The notes below the pieces were generated by a model that was not told the origin of the DNA, did not search any database, and was given only the letters and a program-made list of their open reading frames with translations. The position numbers and the translations under genes are program-made. DNA of 64,000 bases from a virus, in IMG/VR virus record IMGVR_UViG_3300019471_000109, positions 1 to 64,000 of that record. One strand, written 5' to 3'. Positions 48,807-59,465 of this stretch are shown piece after piece (positions within the stretch are counted from its first letter, which is position 1; each line of letters opens with the position of its first letter).

Positions 48807-51320
48807 ATGATTATTAATCAACCTAAATCAGAAATCTTTGGCTCACAGGTAGAAACAAATAGTTTTTCTATCAAAAGTTCACCAAAAGCATTCCAGATTT
48901 TGTCATCTAATTTATATTCAAACAAAATCCGTGCTGTGATTCGTGAATATTCTTGTAATGCATTAGATGCTCATCGTTATGCTAAAAAGGAAAAAGAACC
49001 ATTTCAAGTAACATTACCATCTGAACTGCAACAAAATTTTATTGTTCGCGATTTTGGTAATGGATTATCGGAACAAGAAATTAAAGAATTATTTACCACA
49101 TATTTTGGTAGTTCAAAAGACCAATCAAATGATTTTACTGGTGCATTAGGATTAGGTTCTAAATCTGCGTTTAGTTATACAGATTCATTTAATTGTACTT
49201 CTTATCATAATGGAACTAAATCAGTTTATTCATTATTTTTAGACCAAGGTGAACCTAAAGTTACTTTGATGTATCAATCAGAATCAGATGAACCGTCTGG
49301 GGTTGAAATTAATATTCCAGTTCAATATAACGATATTTACTCATTTGAAAATGAAGCTCAAATTGTTTACTCTGCATTTGATGTAAAACCAATTGGATTT
49401 GATAATAAAACAGAAATTCAATATTACTTTAAAGACTTTGGTACAATTAATTTACAAAAATCTAGCATTAGTCGTGATGAATTCGCTGGTAAATACATTT
49501 ACGCTAGAATGGGTAATGTTTTATATCCAATTTCATCAGAATATACAAAAAATTATAGATTTAATCTAGAATTATATGGATTTGATTCTTGGTCAAACAT
49601 CGTATTTGTTGATTTTAATATCGGTGAATTAGATATTGCCCCATCTCGTGAATATTTATCTTACGATAAAACAACGAGTGAAAACATCGACAATAAATTA
49701 AAACAAATTTTTGAAAATACTATTTCTAAAATGGTAGAATTCCATAAAGATGAAGTCAATAAGGAATCATGGTTTAAATTTGGTAAATCTATTGCAGAAA
49801 TTACTATAAAATGCCATGGGTTATCGCGATTTACTCGTGCTTGTCATTGGATGGCTGATTCGCATGGAATTCAAAAATATCTACTTAGTTTATCTGAAAA
49901 AATTAATGGGTATACATACCAAGAATATAAAAAGCTTACATTTAAAGATGTGGTTAATGATTCTTATTATAATAAAGTAGATCTTAATGGTGTTGAAATT
50001 GTTCCTGAGCCGGTTACAGTTTATTCACGAAATCGATCTTTAAACCGATATAAACCAGTTCGTACTGGTTCTAATTATATTGACCAAGTTTCGCATACTG
50101 ATTTGTATGAAAAACCGCAAATGTTCTTTGATGTATTGTGGTATGATATGCAAGAAACAGATGTGGTTATTGTTTTAGACAAATCTGATTATAAAAGACG
50201 TAAATCAGTTATGGATTATCTGGTTCATGAATATAGCAAAACTAAAAACGGATTTTTGATTATTTCAACTAACAATAAAATTTGTGATGACATCAAAAAA
50301 TTCTTAGAAACTAAATACAAAAATACAGAATTAGTTCTATTAGATTTAGATAGCAATCTAGAACAAAAAGTTAAGGATTATACAAGTTCATTAAAACCAG
50401 AAACAAAAAATAAACCTCAAAAAACAGATCCAATGGGAACTATTTTTGAAATTAATAAAAATACTTTTGATAAAGAAGGAACAACTAAAGACGATTTAAC
50501 TAAAATTGATTTATTTGGTATCAAAGATCTTCGCGCATTTGTTGCAGATAATCCAGATGCTTTATTTGTTCCTTTATATGAAGGTTGGTATAACTTGCGT
50601 TGGATATTTAATAATTCTGGTTTTAATGATATCAGCACATCTAATTCGCAGGAAATTAAAAACCTTATTGAATTAGCAGAACAAACCGGTAAAAAAGTTT
50701 ATGGATATATGTTTAAAGACAGATGTTCCGATTCTTGGTATGATGTAATAAAACCATTTAAATATGACTTACAAACATTCTTATCAGCAAACCCATTAGG
50801 AGCTGACGCTAAAGATATCTATAAACCTTTGATTAAACTTGGTTTTTATAACAGTTATGGTAGCTGGGAATCATATAATTTAAAATGGGATTTAGGAGTA
50901 TTCAATCTTGGTCGTTTTGTTAAATTAAATGATAAAGAACAAGCCGTATATGAACAGTTAAAAGACATTGCTAGAAAAAATGCATTTTGGATTGAGCCTA
51001 ATTTAGACTTTTTTGATTCTCAACTAGATGAAATGGAAATAGATATTCCGTTTTATGAATCAGAATTAAGAAATCTATTTACAAAGGTTTTAGAACTTGA
51101 TAAAATTAAATTCGAAACATTAAATGAAACAATTAACAAAATTATTTCTAAAATTAAACCGTTAGAATATATCCAAGAAATTTTAGGTGAATTCGGTCCA
51201 AATAATGTTTCACAATATTCTGATTTTTTAGGGGATTCTGATTCAGGCTCCTATGAAGAACAAGTTAAAGTATACGAATCATTTAGTAAAATGATGAAAA
51301 ATCAACAAGAGGTATTTTAA
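48807..51320 (+). CDS. rIIA: rIIA (membrane-associated GHKL-ATPase-like protector from prophage-induced early lysis)
   Basis: N-terminal GHKL motifs (CNALDAH, VRDFGNGLS) and size. It is followed by rIIB as in T4. Confidence 0.8.
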   Translation: MIINQPKSEIFGSQVETNSFSIKSSPKAFQILSSNLYSNKIRAVIREYSCNALDAHRYAKKEKEPFQVTLPSELQQNFIVRDFGNGLSEQEIKELFTTYFGSSKDQSNDFTGALGLGSKSAFSYTDSFNCTSYHNGTKSVYSLFLDQGEPKVTLMYQSESDEPSGVEINIPVQYNDIYSFENEAQIVYSAFDVKPIGFDNKTEIQYYFKDFGTINLQKSSISRDEFAGKYIYARMGNVLYPISSEYTKNYRFNLELYGFDSWSNIVFVDFNIGELDIAPSREYLSYDKTTSENIDNKLKQIFENTISKMVEFHKDEVNKESWFKFGKSIAEITIKCHGLSRFTRACHWMADSHGIQKYLLSLSEKINGYTYQEYKKLTFKDVVNDSYYNKVDLNGVEIVPEPVTVYSRNRSLNRYKPVRTGSNYIDQVSHTDLYEKPQMFFDVLWYDMQETDVVIVLDKSDYKRRKSVMDYLVHEYSKTKNGFLIISTNNKICDDIKKFLETKYKNTELVLLDLDSNLEQKVKDYTSSLKPETKNKPQKTDPMGTIFEINKNTFDKEGTTKDDLTKIDLFGIKDLRAFVADNPDALFVPLYEGWYNLRWIFNNSGFNDISTSNSQEIKNLIELAEQTGKKVYGYMFKDRCSDSWYDVIKPFKYDLQTFLSANPLGADAKDIYKPLIKLGFYNSYGSWESYNLKWDLGVFNLGRFVKLNDKEQAVYEQLKDIARKNAFWIEPNLDFFDSQLDEMEIDIPFYESELRNLFTKVLELDKIKFETLNETINKIISKIKPLEYIQEILGEFGPNNVSQYSDFLGDSDSGSYEEQVKVYESFSKMMKNQQEVF

Positions 51321-51322
51321 TT

Positions 51323-52492
51323 ATGAAAGATTTATCTTTATTAGATATTACACGTGAAAGACGCAACGAATATCTTCGCGATTATTATTCACAAGGTTAT
51401 ACATATTCAGAAATTGCTAAAGCAACTGGATTAACTTATGATACTGTTCGCGGTGTATTACGCAATGAACCAAAACCAACTACCCAAAAAGTAGATTCAA
51501 CCCAAGCACCTGGTTTATCTGAACTTCATTCATTAATGGGTATCAGTACAGTAACACAAGATGAACTTGATGCACCGGTTGAAGGTAATTCAGGTCAAGA
51601 TTACAATTATTCAGATGATTTTGCTGTGGCTGACGAACATTTAGTTCCACCTGTTGAACCTAAAAATGTGAAATGGGTTGCAAATAATACGATGGTTAAT
51701 ATTGTTATTAACGGTGAAGTAGTAAATGCTGATTATACACATCCATCTTTTAAAGAAATTATTGCAGCATGTTTAGCAGAAGATTTTGAAAAAGCAATTA
51801 CTTTAGCTAATACAGGTAAAACTATTGAAAAATGGTCTTTAGGTGCATTTGAATTCAAAAATGGTAAATTATATTTTTGTGGTGAAACATTACACGGTTC
51901 TTTAATTGAAAAGATTATTAAATCAATTCAAGAAGGTGATCAAAATGTGAACAAGTACGTATTCTTCCTTGAAGATGCACTACGTAATGATAAAAACTCG
52001 TATAATGAAATGTGGGATTTTATTAAACACAATGATATTAAGATTCATGATAATGGTGCAATTATCGGTTATAAAAAAGTAACCGTTGGTGCTGATGGTA
52101 AATTATACGATTCTTATACTCATACAGTTCCTAATGACCCAGGCACATTAGTTCAAATGCCACGTCATTTAGTTAACGATAATAAATCAGAAACTTGTTC
52201 TTATGGTTTACATGTTGGTTCAATTGATTATGTTCGTAATTTCTCTGGCAATCAAATCGTAAAAGTATTAGTCGCACCGGCAAATGTTGTTTCTGTTCCA
52301 ACAGATTATAACGGCCAAAAAATGCGTTGCTCTGAATATTTTGTTTTAGAAACTTTAGACTATGACATGAACACTTTAGTGCATGAAACTAAATGTTTAC
52401 GAGTTGCAACTGTTAACCGCGAAGGTTTATATTCTGTGGAAGAAGTTGATGCAGGTTCTGCATAGAACATTTATGTAAGAGAAATTAAGTAA
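51323..52492 (+). CDS. rIIB: rIIB (389 aa; 1 in-frame TAG 9 codons from the end)
   Basis: YSQGYTYSEIAKATGLTYDTVRGVLRN matches T4 rIIB YSSGNYTQQELADWQGVSVDTIRRVLKN. The C-terminal CSYGLHVGS...VKVLV...VSVP.DYN...MRCSEY is also conserved. Confidence 0.85.
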
Positions 52493-52496
52493 TATA

Positions 52497-52520
52497 AAGG
52501 GCTAAATGCCCTTTATTTGG
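52497..52520. terminator. Terminator (AAAGGGC taaat GCCCTTT + T-run)
   Basis: Hairpin plus T-tract. Confidence 0.6.
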
Positions 52521-52527
52521 AGCACAA

Positions 52528-53178
52528 ATGATTACTAAAACAGATTTATTTTTTAATAAGTATCATGAACATTTAAAACCGTATATAATGCCAATTAAAT
52601 AGTTCAATAATTGCAGAACATCTGGTGCATTACATTATTCTCATCCAGGTGATGAAAGATCCGTTGAGGATAAAATACTTAATATTAGTATTGGCGAAAC
52701 TGTTGAAGATTATTTTATTAATCGATTTGATGATTTAAAATTAAACGGAAACAAACATAATAAAGAAGATCTACATTCTTATTAGTATGATCTGTTTGAT
52801 ATTCAAAACAATCTCAGAATTGAAGTGAAAACATATTCTAGTAATACGATTTCATTTACGATGAGAAATAATAAATGGTCTCCAAGACATGGCACTTATC
52901 ATCAAAGATGTTTAGATTTAACACATCCTATTAATGGTTCTGCTGATATTATTATTTTCTGTCATTATGAAATGCTTAATGAATTTGAAATCAAAATTAC
53001 ACCAACATTAATTATTGATGCTGAACTTCATATTCTTGATAAAATTGGCAACAAAACATTAAGTCATAATACATATACGAAAAATGGAAAGTTATATGTA
53101 GGTGCAAATTGGATAGGATGTAATACAAATTAGGTAAACGCACATAATAAAGAAGGCGAAGGTATTAGAAAGCTATGA
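52528..53178 (+). CDS. denB: Endonuclease IV (T4 DenB-like), 216 aa, 3 in-frame TAG
   Basis: Its position between rIIB and gene 52 matches T4. The frame is continuous from ATG 52528 to a TGA that overlaps the gene 52 ATG. The track ORF 52825..53133 is an internal piece. Confidence 0.55.
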
Positions 53179-54509
53179 CAAACAAAGACCACAATAGATT
53201 ATTATCTGACATTATTAATACAGAAGGGTTAGAATATGCGATGTACACAATTGAAAATCGTGCAATTCCTTCAATGATTGATGGTTTAAAACCGGTACAA
53301 CGATTCTTCTTATATTCTGCGCTTCAAACGGCAAAAGATAAATTTAATAAAGTAGCATCTATTGGTGGTCGAGTTTCTGAATGGGGATATCATCACGGTG
53401 AACAAAGCGCATGTGAAGCAGGTATTTTAATGGCTGCTGATTATTGTAATAATATTACATTACTTACTGGCGATGGCGCATTTGGTTCTAGATTTATTCG
53501 TAAAGCAGCTGCTGCTCGTTATATCTTTGCAAAAATTTCTGATAATTTTAATAAGATCTATAAAGATATTGATATTTCCCCGGTTCACGAAGATCCAGAA
53601 CATATTCCACCAAAATACTATTTGCCATTAATTCCTTTTGTGTTAATTAATGGTGTAAAGGGTATCGCAACTGGATTTGCAACACAAATTTTACCTCATG
53701 ACTATCAATCAGTTGCTGATAAAGTTAAAGAATACTTAGAAACAGGTGATATCAAGGAAAATCCACTCGTTAAGTATTATGACTTCAAAGGAACTATTGA
53801 ACCATATAGCAAAATTGTGAACCAGAAGCTTATTAAAGGAGTTACTCTAACTGGTCTATATAAACTATCAGGGTTTACTTTAACAATCTCAGAACTTCCT
53901 TTTAACACTGAACGGGAAGACTATATTGCATTACTTGATAAGTTAGAAGAATCTGGTAAAATCGTTTCATATACAGAAGAAATTAGTTCAGAACGAGTTC
54001 ATATTGTTGTTAAATTAAAACGCGATTTTTTAACAACAGATACAGAAAAAAATCATCAATTAATTTTAAAAGAATTTAAACTACAAGAATCTATTGCTCA
54101 AAATATTACTGTACTTGATGAAAATAATAAATTGAAAGTATATGATGAGCCAAAAGAATTAATTAAGGATTTCGTAGATTTTAGATTAACGTATTTTGAT
54201 AAACGTATTCAAAACAACATCAAAAAAGAAACCGATAAATTTAATTTAGCTACCGCAAAAATTATTTTTATCAAAAAAGTAGTTAACAAAGAAATTGTTT
54301 TAGATAAATTATCAAGAAAGGATTCTATTAAACTTATTGAAAGTTATGATGAATTGAAGGATTATTCAGAAGAACTTATTAATATGAAGCTTTATCATTT
54401 AACAACAGATGAAGTTAAAAAACTGGAACAGCAGCAAGAAGAACTAAAAAAATCTTTAGATTATTGGAAAACTACTACTGCTAAAACAGAATATCTTAAA
54501 GACTTATAG
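53175..54509 (+). CDS. 52: DNA topoisomerase II medium subunit (T4 gp52, GyrA-like)
   Basis: KPVQRFFLY and the rest of the GyrA-like N-terminal region; 444 aa versus 442 in T4. Confidence 0.85.
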   Translation: MTNKDHNRLLSDIINTEGLEYAMYTIENRAIPSMIDGLKPVQRFFLYSALQTAKDKFNKVASIGGRVSEWGYHHGEQSACEAGILMAADYCNNITLLTGDGAFGSRFIRKAAAARYIFAKISDNFNKIYKDIDISPVHEDPEHIPPKYYLPLIPFVLINGVKGIATGFATQILPHDYQSVADKVKEYLETGDIKENPLVKYYDFKGTIEPYSKIVNQKLIKGVTLTGLYKLSGFTLTISELPFNTEREDYIALLDKLEESGKIVSYTEEISSERVHIVVKLKRDFLTTDTEKNHQLILKEFKLQESIAQNITVLDENNKLKVYDEPKELIKDFVDFRLTYFDKRIQNNIKKETDKFNLATAKIIFIKKVVNKEIVLDKLSRKDSIKLIESYDELKDYSEELINMKLYHLTTDEVKKLEQQQEELKKSLDYWKTTTAKTEYLKDL

Positions 54510-54526
54510 AACAAGTGAGGTAAGTT

Positions 54527-55201
54527 ATGAAATTATTAAAGAAAATTATTATTGCTCTACTTTTATTAGTTGTTGGCGCAGGAGCATATGTTGGATATTA
54601 TTATGTAACACATGATGAAGTAGTTTCTCCTCAAAAATACAAGGAATCATTAATCCTAAAAAATAAAGTGTATGAAAAAGATTTAGTTCAAAAAGAAGGC
54701 GTTTCGTTTACTACAATGGGTAAATGGAATATTTTCAAATCAGAATTAAACTGTAATACTGATAAATACATCAAAGCTTACAGACTAGGTTCTATAGATT
54801 ATAAAAAATGTACAGACAAAGAAACATTAGAATATTCACCTGATTTGAGTTATAGCACAGATAAATTAGACAGATTAATTGATGATGCAAATGCTTTTGA
54901 TCGTTATGTTTCTAGCGGAGATTTTGAGAAAAATAAATTTAAAGTAAACACCCCTGAAGAAGTATTTACATTTTTAATTGAAGGCCATGATGTTGTTAAA
55001 TCATTATATTCAGACATGCAGTCCGGTAAATTAAGAACCAATGATAAATTTTTTGTATCACAAATTACATGCGATTTTGTTAATGCATCAAAAGCAAAAG
55101 AAGAAAATAAACCATTTAAAAATTGTGATTCGTATGATGTATTTAAATACTATAAAACAGAACGGTATATGACGCTGTTGCGTAAATTGGCAAGTATTTA
55201 A
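54527..55201 (+). CDS. Membrane-anchored protein (224 aa)
   Basis: N-terminal transmembrane segment. Confidence 0.55.
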   Translation: MKLLKKIIIALLLLVVGAGAYVGYYYVTHDEVVSPQKYKESLILKNKVYEKDLVQKEGVSFTTMGKWNIFKSELNCNTDKYIKAYRLGSIDYKKCTDKETLEYSPDLSYSTDKLDRLIDDANAFDRYVSSGDFEKNKFKVNTPEEVFTFLIEGHDVVKSLYSDMQSGKLRTNDKFFVSQITCDFVNASKAKEENKPFKNCDSYDVFKYYKTERYMTLLRKLASI

Positions 55202-55558
55202 ATGTATCAATTATTTGGAAAAAAGATTAAAGAATATAAAAAACAATTATTTGAAGAACAAAATGGTTTATGCAAAATTTGTAAAAGACCATTGAATTCA
55301 GTTGGTGAAGCTCATCTTGATCATGACCACTCTGTAGTTGGCGAAAATGCCGGTAGATGCCGTGGGTTATTATGTAGAGCATGCAATAGCCTAGAAGGAC
55401 GAATTAAAAATCGTTTTGTTAGGGAAGGTCTTAGAGATAAGGTTGATTACAAAACATTTTTAAGATCGTTAGCTGATTATTATGAACAAGATTTTACAAA
55501 AAATCCAATTCACCAAAATTTTCCAAATGATTTTATTAAACACTATAAGCGATTGTAG
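55202..55558 (+). CDS. 49: Endonuclease VII (T4 gp49 Holliday-junction resolvase)
   Basis: QNGLCKICKRPL...HLDHDH...RGLLCRACN matches the T4 gp49 zinc-binding core. Confidence 0.85.
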   Translation: MYQLFGKKIKEYKKQLFEEQNGLCKICKRPLNSVGEAHLDHDHSVVGENAGRCRGLLCRACNSLEGRIKNRFVREGLRDKVDYKTFLRSLADYYEQDFTKNPIHQNFPNDFIKHYKRL

Positions 55559-55567
55559 TTATCTGAG

Positions 55568-55681
55568 ATGAAGGATTATTATAATCAATATGGATTTGTA
55601 TTACCTAATGGAAAAATCACAAAAGAAATTTTGATTAAAGATTTTTCAAAACAATTTAAGAAGTATCAGAAGTAGTTATGA
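55568..55681 (+). CDS. Small protein (37 aa, 1 TAG)
   Basis: Short ORF; its TGA overlaps the next ATG. Confidence 0.3.
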
Positions 55682-55938
55682 AAAAATATTCTTTACAAGA
55701 ACAAGAACTTATTAAAATTTTCCGTTTAAACCAAGGAAATCAATTTTTAGCCGATTTTGTTGAGTTATTTGAAAAATTATATTATGGTCCTAAAACATTT
55801 ATTTGCGAATGTGTTGACAATGTTATTGTGAAAGTAGTTAACAACGAAGAAATCACTGGTGATTTTTCTAAAGAAATTTTTAAAGCGATGCAAGTATATG
55901 CCGCTGGATATGCAAATGGGCAGGTTGATAATGAATAA
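55678..55938 (+). CDS. Hypothetical protein (86 aa)
   Basis: ORF track. Confidence 0.5.
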   Translation: MKKYSLQEQELIKIFRLNQGNQFLADFVELFEKLYYGPKTFICECVDNVIVKVVNNEEITGDFSKEIFKAMQVYAAGYANGQVDNE

Positions 55939-56287
55939 TTTAGAATTTTATGATAAAGTAAAATCAGCTTTAACAGATAAAGAATTAGAACGCGAAGTTA
56001 TTTACATGTTCGCCTCTGACGGTGAAACTACTGATGGTTCTAGTTTTATTAAAGAATATGGCTACTACAAAGAAGTTTTGAATATATTAATGGGTAGTAT
56101 GTTGAATACATTATCAGATGATAATTCTCATTATGCGGATAAATACTTACCATTGCTTAAAACATTTTTCTATGGTTATTTTTCTGGGCAGCAAAGAATG
56201 CTAAAAGGCTCGTCTGAATTTTATAAACCAAAAACAGGTTGTATGCCGGCAAATATCAGACTTTATGGAGATGTTGGTGAAAGTTAA
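55931..56287 (+). CDS. Hypothetical protein (118 aa)
   Basis: Track ORF 55859..56287 trimmed to the ATG that overlaps the upstream stop. Confidence 0.5.
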   Translation: MNNLEFYDKVKSALTDKELEREVIYMFASDGETTDGSSFIKEYGYYKEVLNILMGSMLNTLSDDNSHYADKYLPLLKTFFYGYFSGQQRMLKGSSEFYKPKTGCMPANIRLYGDVGES

Positions 56288-56555
56288 AATTTATGGATTT
56301 GATTCGTCGTTAAAATATTGTATGTATTGCGAAATGGCGAAAAAATTATGTAGTCGTAAAAAAATTGATTTCGATTTTATTTCTGTAATTAAAAAAGCAG
56401 ATAATAAAGATGGGTATGAATTGATCCCAGAAATTGAAAGTGAATTAGTTAAACTTTTAGGTAAGTCTGAATTGAAAGGAACAACAATGCCTCAGATTTT
56501 CGTGGATGGAAATCATATTGGCGGTTGCGATGATTTTAAAAAATTTTTAAATTAA
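56265..56555 (+). CDS. nrdC: Glutaredoxin/thioredoxin-like (T4 NrdC-like, CMYC active site)
   Basis: KIYGFDSS...CMYC...PQIFVDGNHIGGCDDF. Confidence 0.7.
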   Translation: MEMLVKVKIYGFDSSLKYCMYCEMAKKLCSRKKIDFDFISVIKKADNKDGYELIPEIESELVKLLGKSELKGTTMPQIFVDGNHIGGCDDFKKFLN

Positions 56556-56619
56556 TTTAGTTTTAAACAAGTCTTTATAGTGTATTATTCATTATAAAGA
56601 CTTTTCTTTTAGGTGGTTT

Positions 56620-56913
56620 ATGAAAGTTAAAATTTATGGATTTGACACTAATTTATATCCATGCGAATCATGTTTAAGAGCAAAAGAATTTCTAGATTAT
56701 CATAAAATTGATTATGAATTTCTTTCAGTTATTGAACGCGATGAAAATGGTAAATTAGTACATAAGGAATCTGTTGTTAAGCAATTAGAACTAGAATATG
56801 GTGATGATGTATCTGGTATAAGTTTACCTCAGATTTTTGTAAATGGCAAATACGTCGGAAAATTTGCAATCTTTAAACAAAAGTTTCTTGAAGGAGTTTT
56901 TAATGGAACTTGA
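56620..56913 (+). CDS. Second glutaredoxin-like protein (CESC active site)
   Basis: KIYGFDTN..CESC...PQIFVNGKYVG. Confidence 0.65.
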   Translation: MKVKIYGFDTNLYPCESCLRAKEFLDYHKIDYEFLSVIERDENGKLVHKESVVKQLELEYGDDVSGISLPQIFVNGKYVGKFAIFKQKFLEGVFNGT

Positions 56914-57142
56914 TCTAGCAAAAATTGATAAAACTAGTAAAGAATATAAAACAGCAGTACGTAATATGATTAAGTCTGATTGTTTTGAAAAATATTCTGA
57001 TGGTTTAGAAAATGGTTGGAAAATTTCAAACAAAGAAATTTCTAGTTTCTGTGAAGACTATAAAGAGTATGGTTCTGAAAATTATATCAGAGCAATTATT
57101 GTTCCGATGCTTTTAGAAAATTTTGGTGATTGTATCAAATAA
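56903..57142 (+). CDS. Hypothetical protein (79 aa)
   Basis: Track ORF trimmed to the ATG that overlaps the upstream stop. Confidence 0.45.
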   Translation: MELDLAKIDKTSKEYKTAVRNMIKSDCFEKYSDGLENGWKISNKEISSFCEDYKEYGSENYIRAIIVPMLLENFGDCIK

Positions 57143-57495
57143 GGATAATTATGAAAACTATTAGTTATTATATTTCATTATTCATTCGTTGGTTTTTGTT
57201 CCAAAATGCAACGTTTGAAAATGTTGTTAAAGATTTAGACCAAAAGAATTTTTATATTTCTGGTAACTTTAATCATGCCCATGATTTAGTTCACAAAGAT
57301 CAAACGTATAAAATTTGCGGGTTAAATCATCTTAAACCAACATTTTTAAATATCAAGGATCTTAATACGAATAGCATTGGGATTGATTCTGAATATATCC
57401 CATTAATTTATCGTGTAATCATTTTCATCAAAGCTAAAAAATTATATACAGAATTATTTTTTGAAAAGGTTGAAGAAAAACTAAAAAGTGAATAA
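57130..57495 (+). CDS. Hypothetical membrane protein (121 aa)
   Basis: ORF track. Confidence 0.5.
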   Translation: MYQIRIIMKTISYYISLFIRWFLFQNATFENVVKDLDQKNFYISGNFNHAHDLVHKDQTYKICGLNHLKPTFLNIKDLNTNSIGIDSEYIPLIYRVIIFIKAKKLYTELFFEKVEEKLKSE

Positions 57496-57500
57496 ATCTA

Positions 57501-57529
57501 TTTACAACAGATCTTAAATAGATTAATAT
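57501..57529 (+). promoter_or_regulatory. Early promoter (-35 TTTACA, 17 nt, -10 TAATAT) inside an inverted repeat AATCTATTTA/TAAATAGATT
   Basis: Motif match. Confidence 0.45.
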
Positions 57530-57560
57530 AGATCTAAATTTTAGTAAATAGGAAACAAAA

Positions 57561-57743
57561 ATGAAACAGATCAAAATCACAAAACAAGAATACCTTGGCA
57601 TCTTAAATGATAACTCTAAAAAATTAGTTGTTAAAAAAGTTAAGCAAGGTCTTAAATTTAAAGAAGTTATTTTTTCTGGTGTTGATGTAGTTGCTGAACG
57701 TGTAGTAACTGCTGATGGTGTTGAGTACTTTAAATATGCGTAA
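57561..57743 (+). CDS. Small protein (60 aa)
   Basis: ORF track. Confidence 0.5.
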   Translation: MKQIKITKQEYLGILNDNSKKLVVKKVKQGLKFKEVIFSGVDVVAERVVTADGVEYFKYA

Positions 57744-58362
57744 ATTTTTATAGATTATTTTATTAGGATTAACATTTGCAAGCCCATCAATCGCTAAAGC
57801 AGTTGAGTGTCCTGATATTGAAACTTAGTTAAAAGTTGAAGTACAGTCTGATGATATTGTAAAAATTTGCAATGATCAGTATATTTAGTACTTTAGTAAA
57901 GAATGGAAAATTCCAGTTGCTGTTGTTGAAAAATTAGAAGAATCTGATTTTAAACAAAATAAAGCTCATAGAACAAATGATTTTAGATTTGATTCTAGAC
58001 TTAGCTATAAAGATCAATTAAATCCTAAGCAATATGCTAAAAGTGGTTATGATAAAGGTCATCTAGCAGCATAGTCAGATACATCTGATTATGATACTGT
58101 AAGTCAATAGTACTTAATGACAAATATTGTTCCACAAGATCCTGTTTTAAACAGAACTACATGGAAAAATATGGAAACATTTGCAAAGGATTTAAGAAAG
58201 TCTAATTATCATGCTAAGTATGTGATTTCTGGTATTGTATTTGATAATTGTGAAATTCATAAAACAAAAAACGGAATGAATATTCCTGATAAAATGTTTA
58301 AAATCATTGCGCATGATAGAATTTCTACTGTATTCTTTATTGACAATATAAAACCAGAATAG
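57736..58362 (+). CDS. Secreted non-specific DNA/RNA endonuclease (EndA/NucA family, DRGH-like GYDKGHLAA), 208 aa, 5 in-frame TAG
   Basis: Signal peptide MRKFL-TAG-IILLGLTFASPSIAKA and the catalytic KGH motif. The track ORF 58117..58362 is its C-terminus. Confidence 0.55.
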
Positions 58363-58457
58363 AATAAAATTTTTAATTATGAATCTAATTTAGGTGTTGT
58401 AAATTCATAGTTATGCAAGGTAAAAATTAAGTTTAATCCAGAATAAAGGTAATTATA

Positions 58458-58874
58458 ATGGCTTTGATAAACGAAATTGAAAAACTTGATGAAAAAGAAC
58501 GTCAACAACTGTTTAATGATTTTATTAAACTTTTGAATAAAAAACACGAATATCACGAAATCCAAGAAAGAATTGTGTGTTCGGCTTGTCAAGTTTTTGT
58601 TGATGAACGTGATGGCACTTTAGAAAACGGCGATTATATTATTCACGAAGTATATGGTTTAAGACACTATGATTCTTTTATGAATAAACAAATTAAAGAA
58701 CTTGAGAAAATGTATAAACATGCTTTATTAGATTGGGAACAAGGTTTTTTGACAAATAAAGGTCGTTTTGTTGGACGTGAAGAAGCAATGAAAATTGCTA
58801 AAGAACAAAATCAGATTATTCGTTTATCAGGCTCACCTAATTCTGATATTTTGTTTTCCGAGGATTTATATTAA
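58458..58874 (+). CDS. Hypothetical protein (138 aa)
   Basis: ORF track. Confidence 0.55.
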   Translation: MALINEIEKLDEKERQQLFNDFIKLLNKKHEYHEIQERIVCSACQVFVDERDGTLENGDYIIHEVYGLRHYDSFMNKQIKELEKMYKHALLDWEQGFLTNKGRFVGREEAMKIAKEQNQIIRLSGSPNSDILFSEDLY

Positions 58875-59158
58875 TGGCTGCAATTTAGTTAGATGGTGCA
58901 AGCACTACAGGACATGGAAATTTTCCTCCAACAACATGTAAAGCAACTGTATAGAATGTTGTTGTAAATGGAAAGGCTCCATTAATCGATGGCGATCAAA
59001 TGTTAACCCATTGTGATCCATCGCCATCTTGTCATGACTCTGTTGTAATCGGAAGTTCAACAGTGTTCATAAATGGGAAATCTGCAATTAAAATCGGTGA
59101 TTCTACTGCGTGTGGAGATACTGTTGCGGATGGTTCTGGTAATGTATTCATAGGATAA
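58874..59158 (+). CDS. 5.4: PAAR-repeat protein (T4 gp5.4-like spike tip), 94 aa, 2 in-frame TAG
   Basis: GDQMLTHCDP...H...VVIGSSTVFINGKSAIKIGDSTACGD is a PAAR pattern. Confidence 0.6.
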
Positions 59159-59163
59159 AATAA

Positions 59164-59364
59164 ATGAAAAGATTAGAAAATGGTCGTTTTGAATTAACTG
59201 AAGAAGAATTGGTTAAGTTATTTGCGGCTGAAGCTGAATTAGAAGCATTAGAATGTGCTGGTGTCGATAACTGGAGCGGTTACGATTATCGTTGGGAATA
59301 TCTTGAAGAAGATGGTTTTGAAACATTCCGTGGGTATGCTGAAGATAAAGTAAAAAATCTTTAA
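59164..59364 (+). CDS. Small acidic protein (66 aa)
   Basis: ORF track. Confidence 0.5.
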   Translation: MKRLENGRFELTEEELVKLFAAEAELEALECAGVDNWSGYDYRWEYLEEDGFETFRGYAEDKVKNL

Positions 59365-59371
59365 AAATTAG

Positions 59372-59400
59372 TTTACATCATATAAATTTTGTAATATTAT
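59372..59400 (+). promoter_or_regulatory. Early promoter (-35 TTTACA, 17 nt, -10 TATTAT)
   Basis: Motif match upstream of the adhesin gene. Confidence 0.5.
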
Positions 59401-59465
59401 AAAAATCGTTACTCGGTTAGATTCTGCGGTAACGATTTTATTTTTCTTAATTAATAGGAGTTTAA

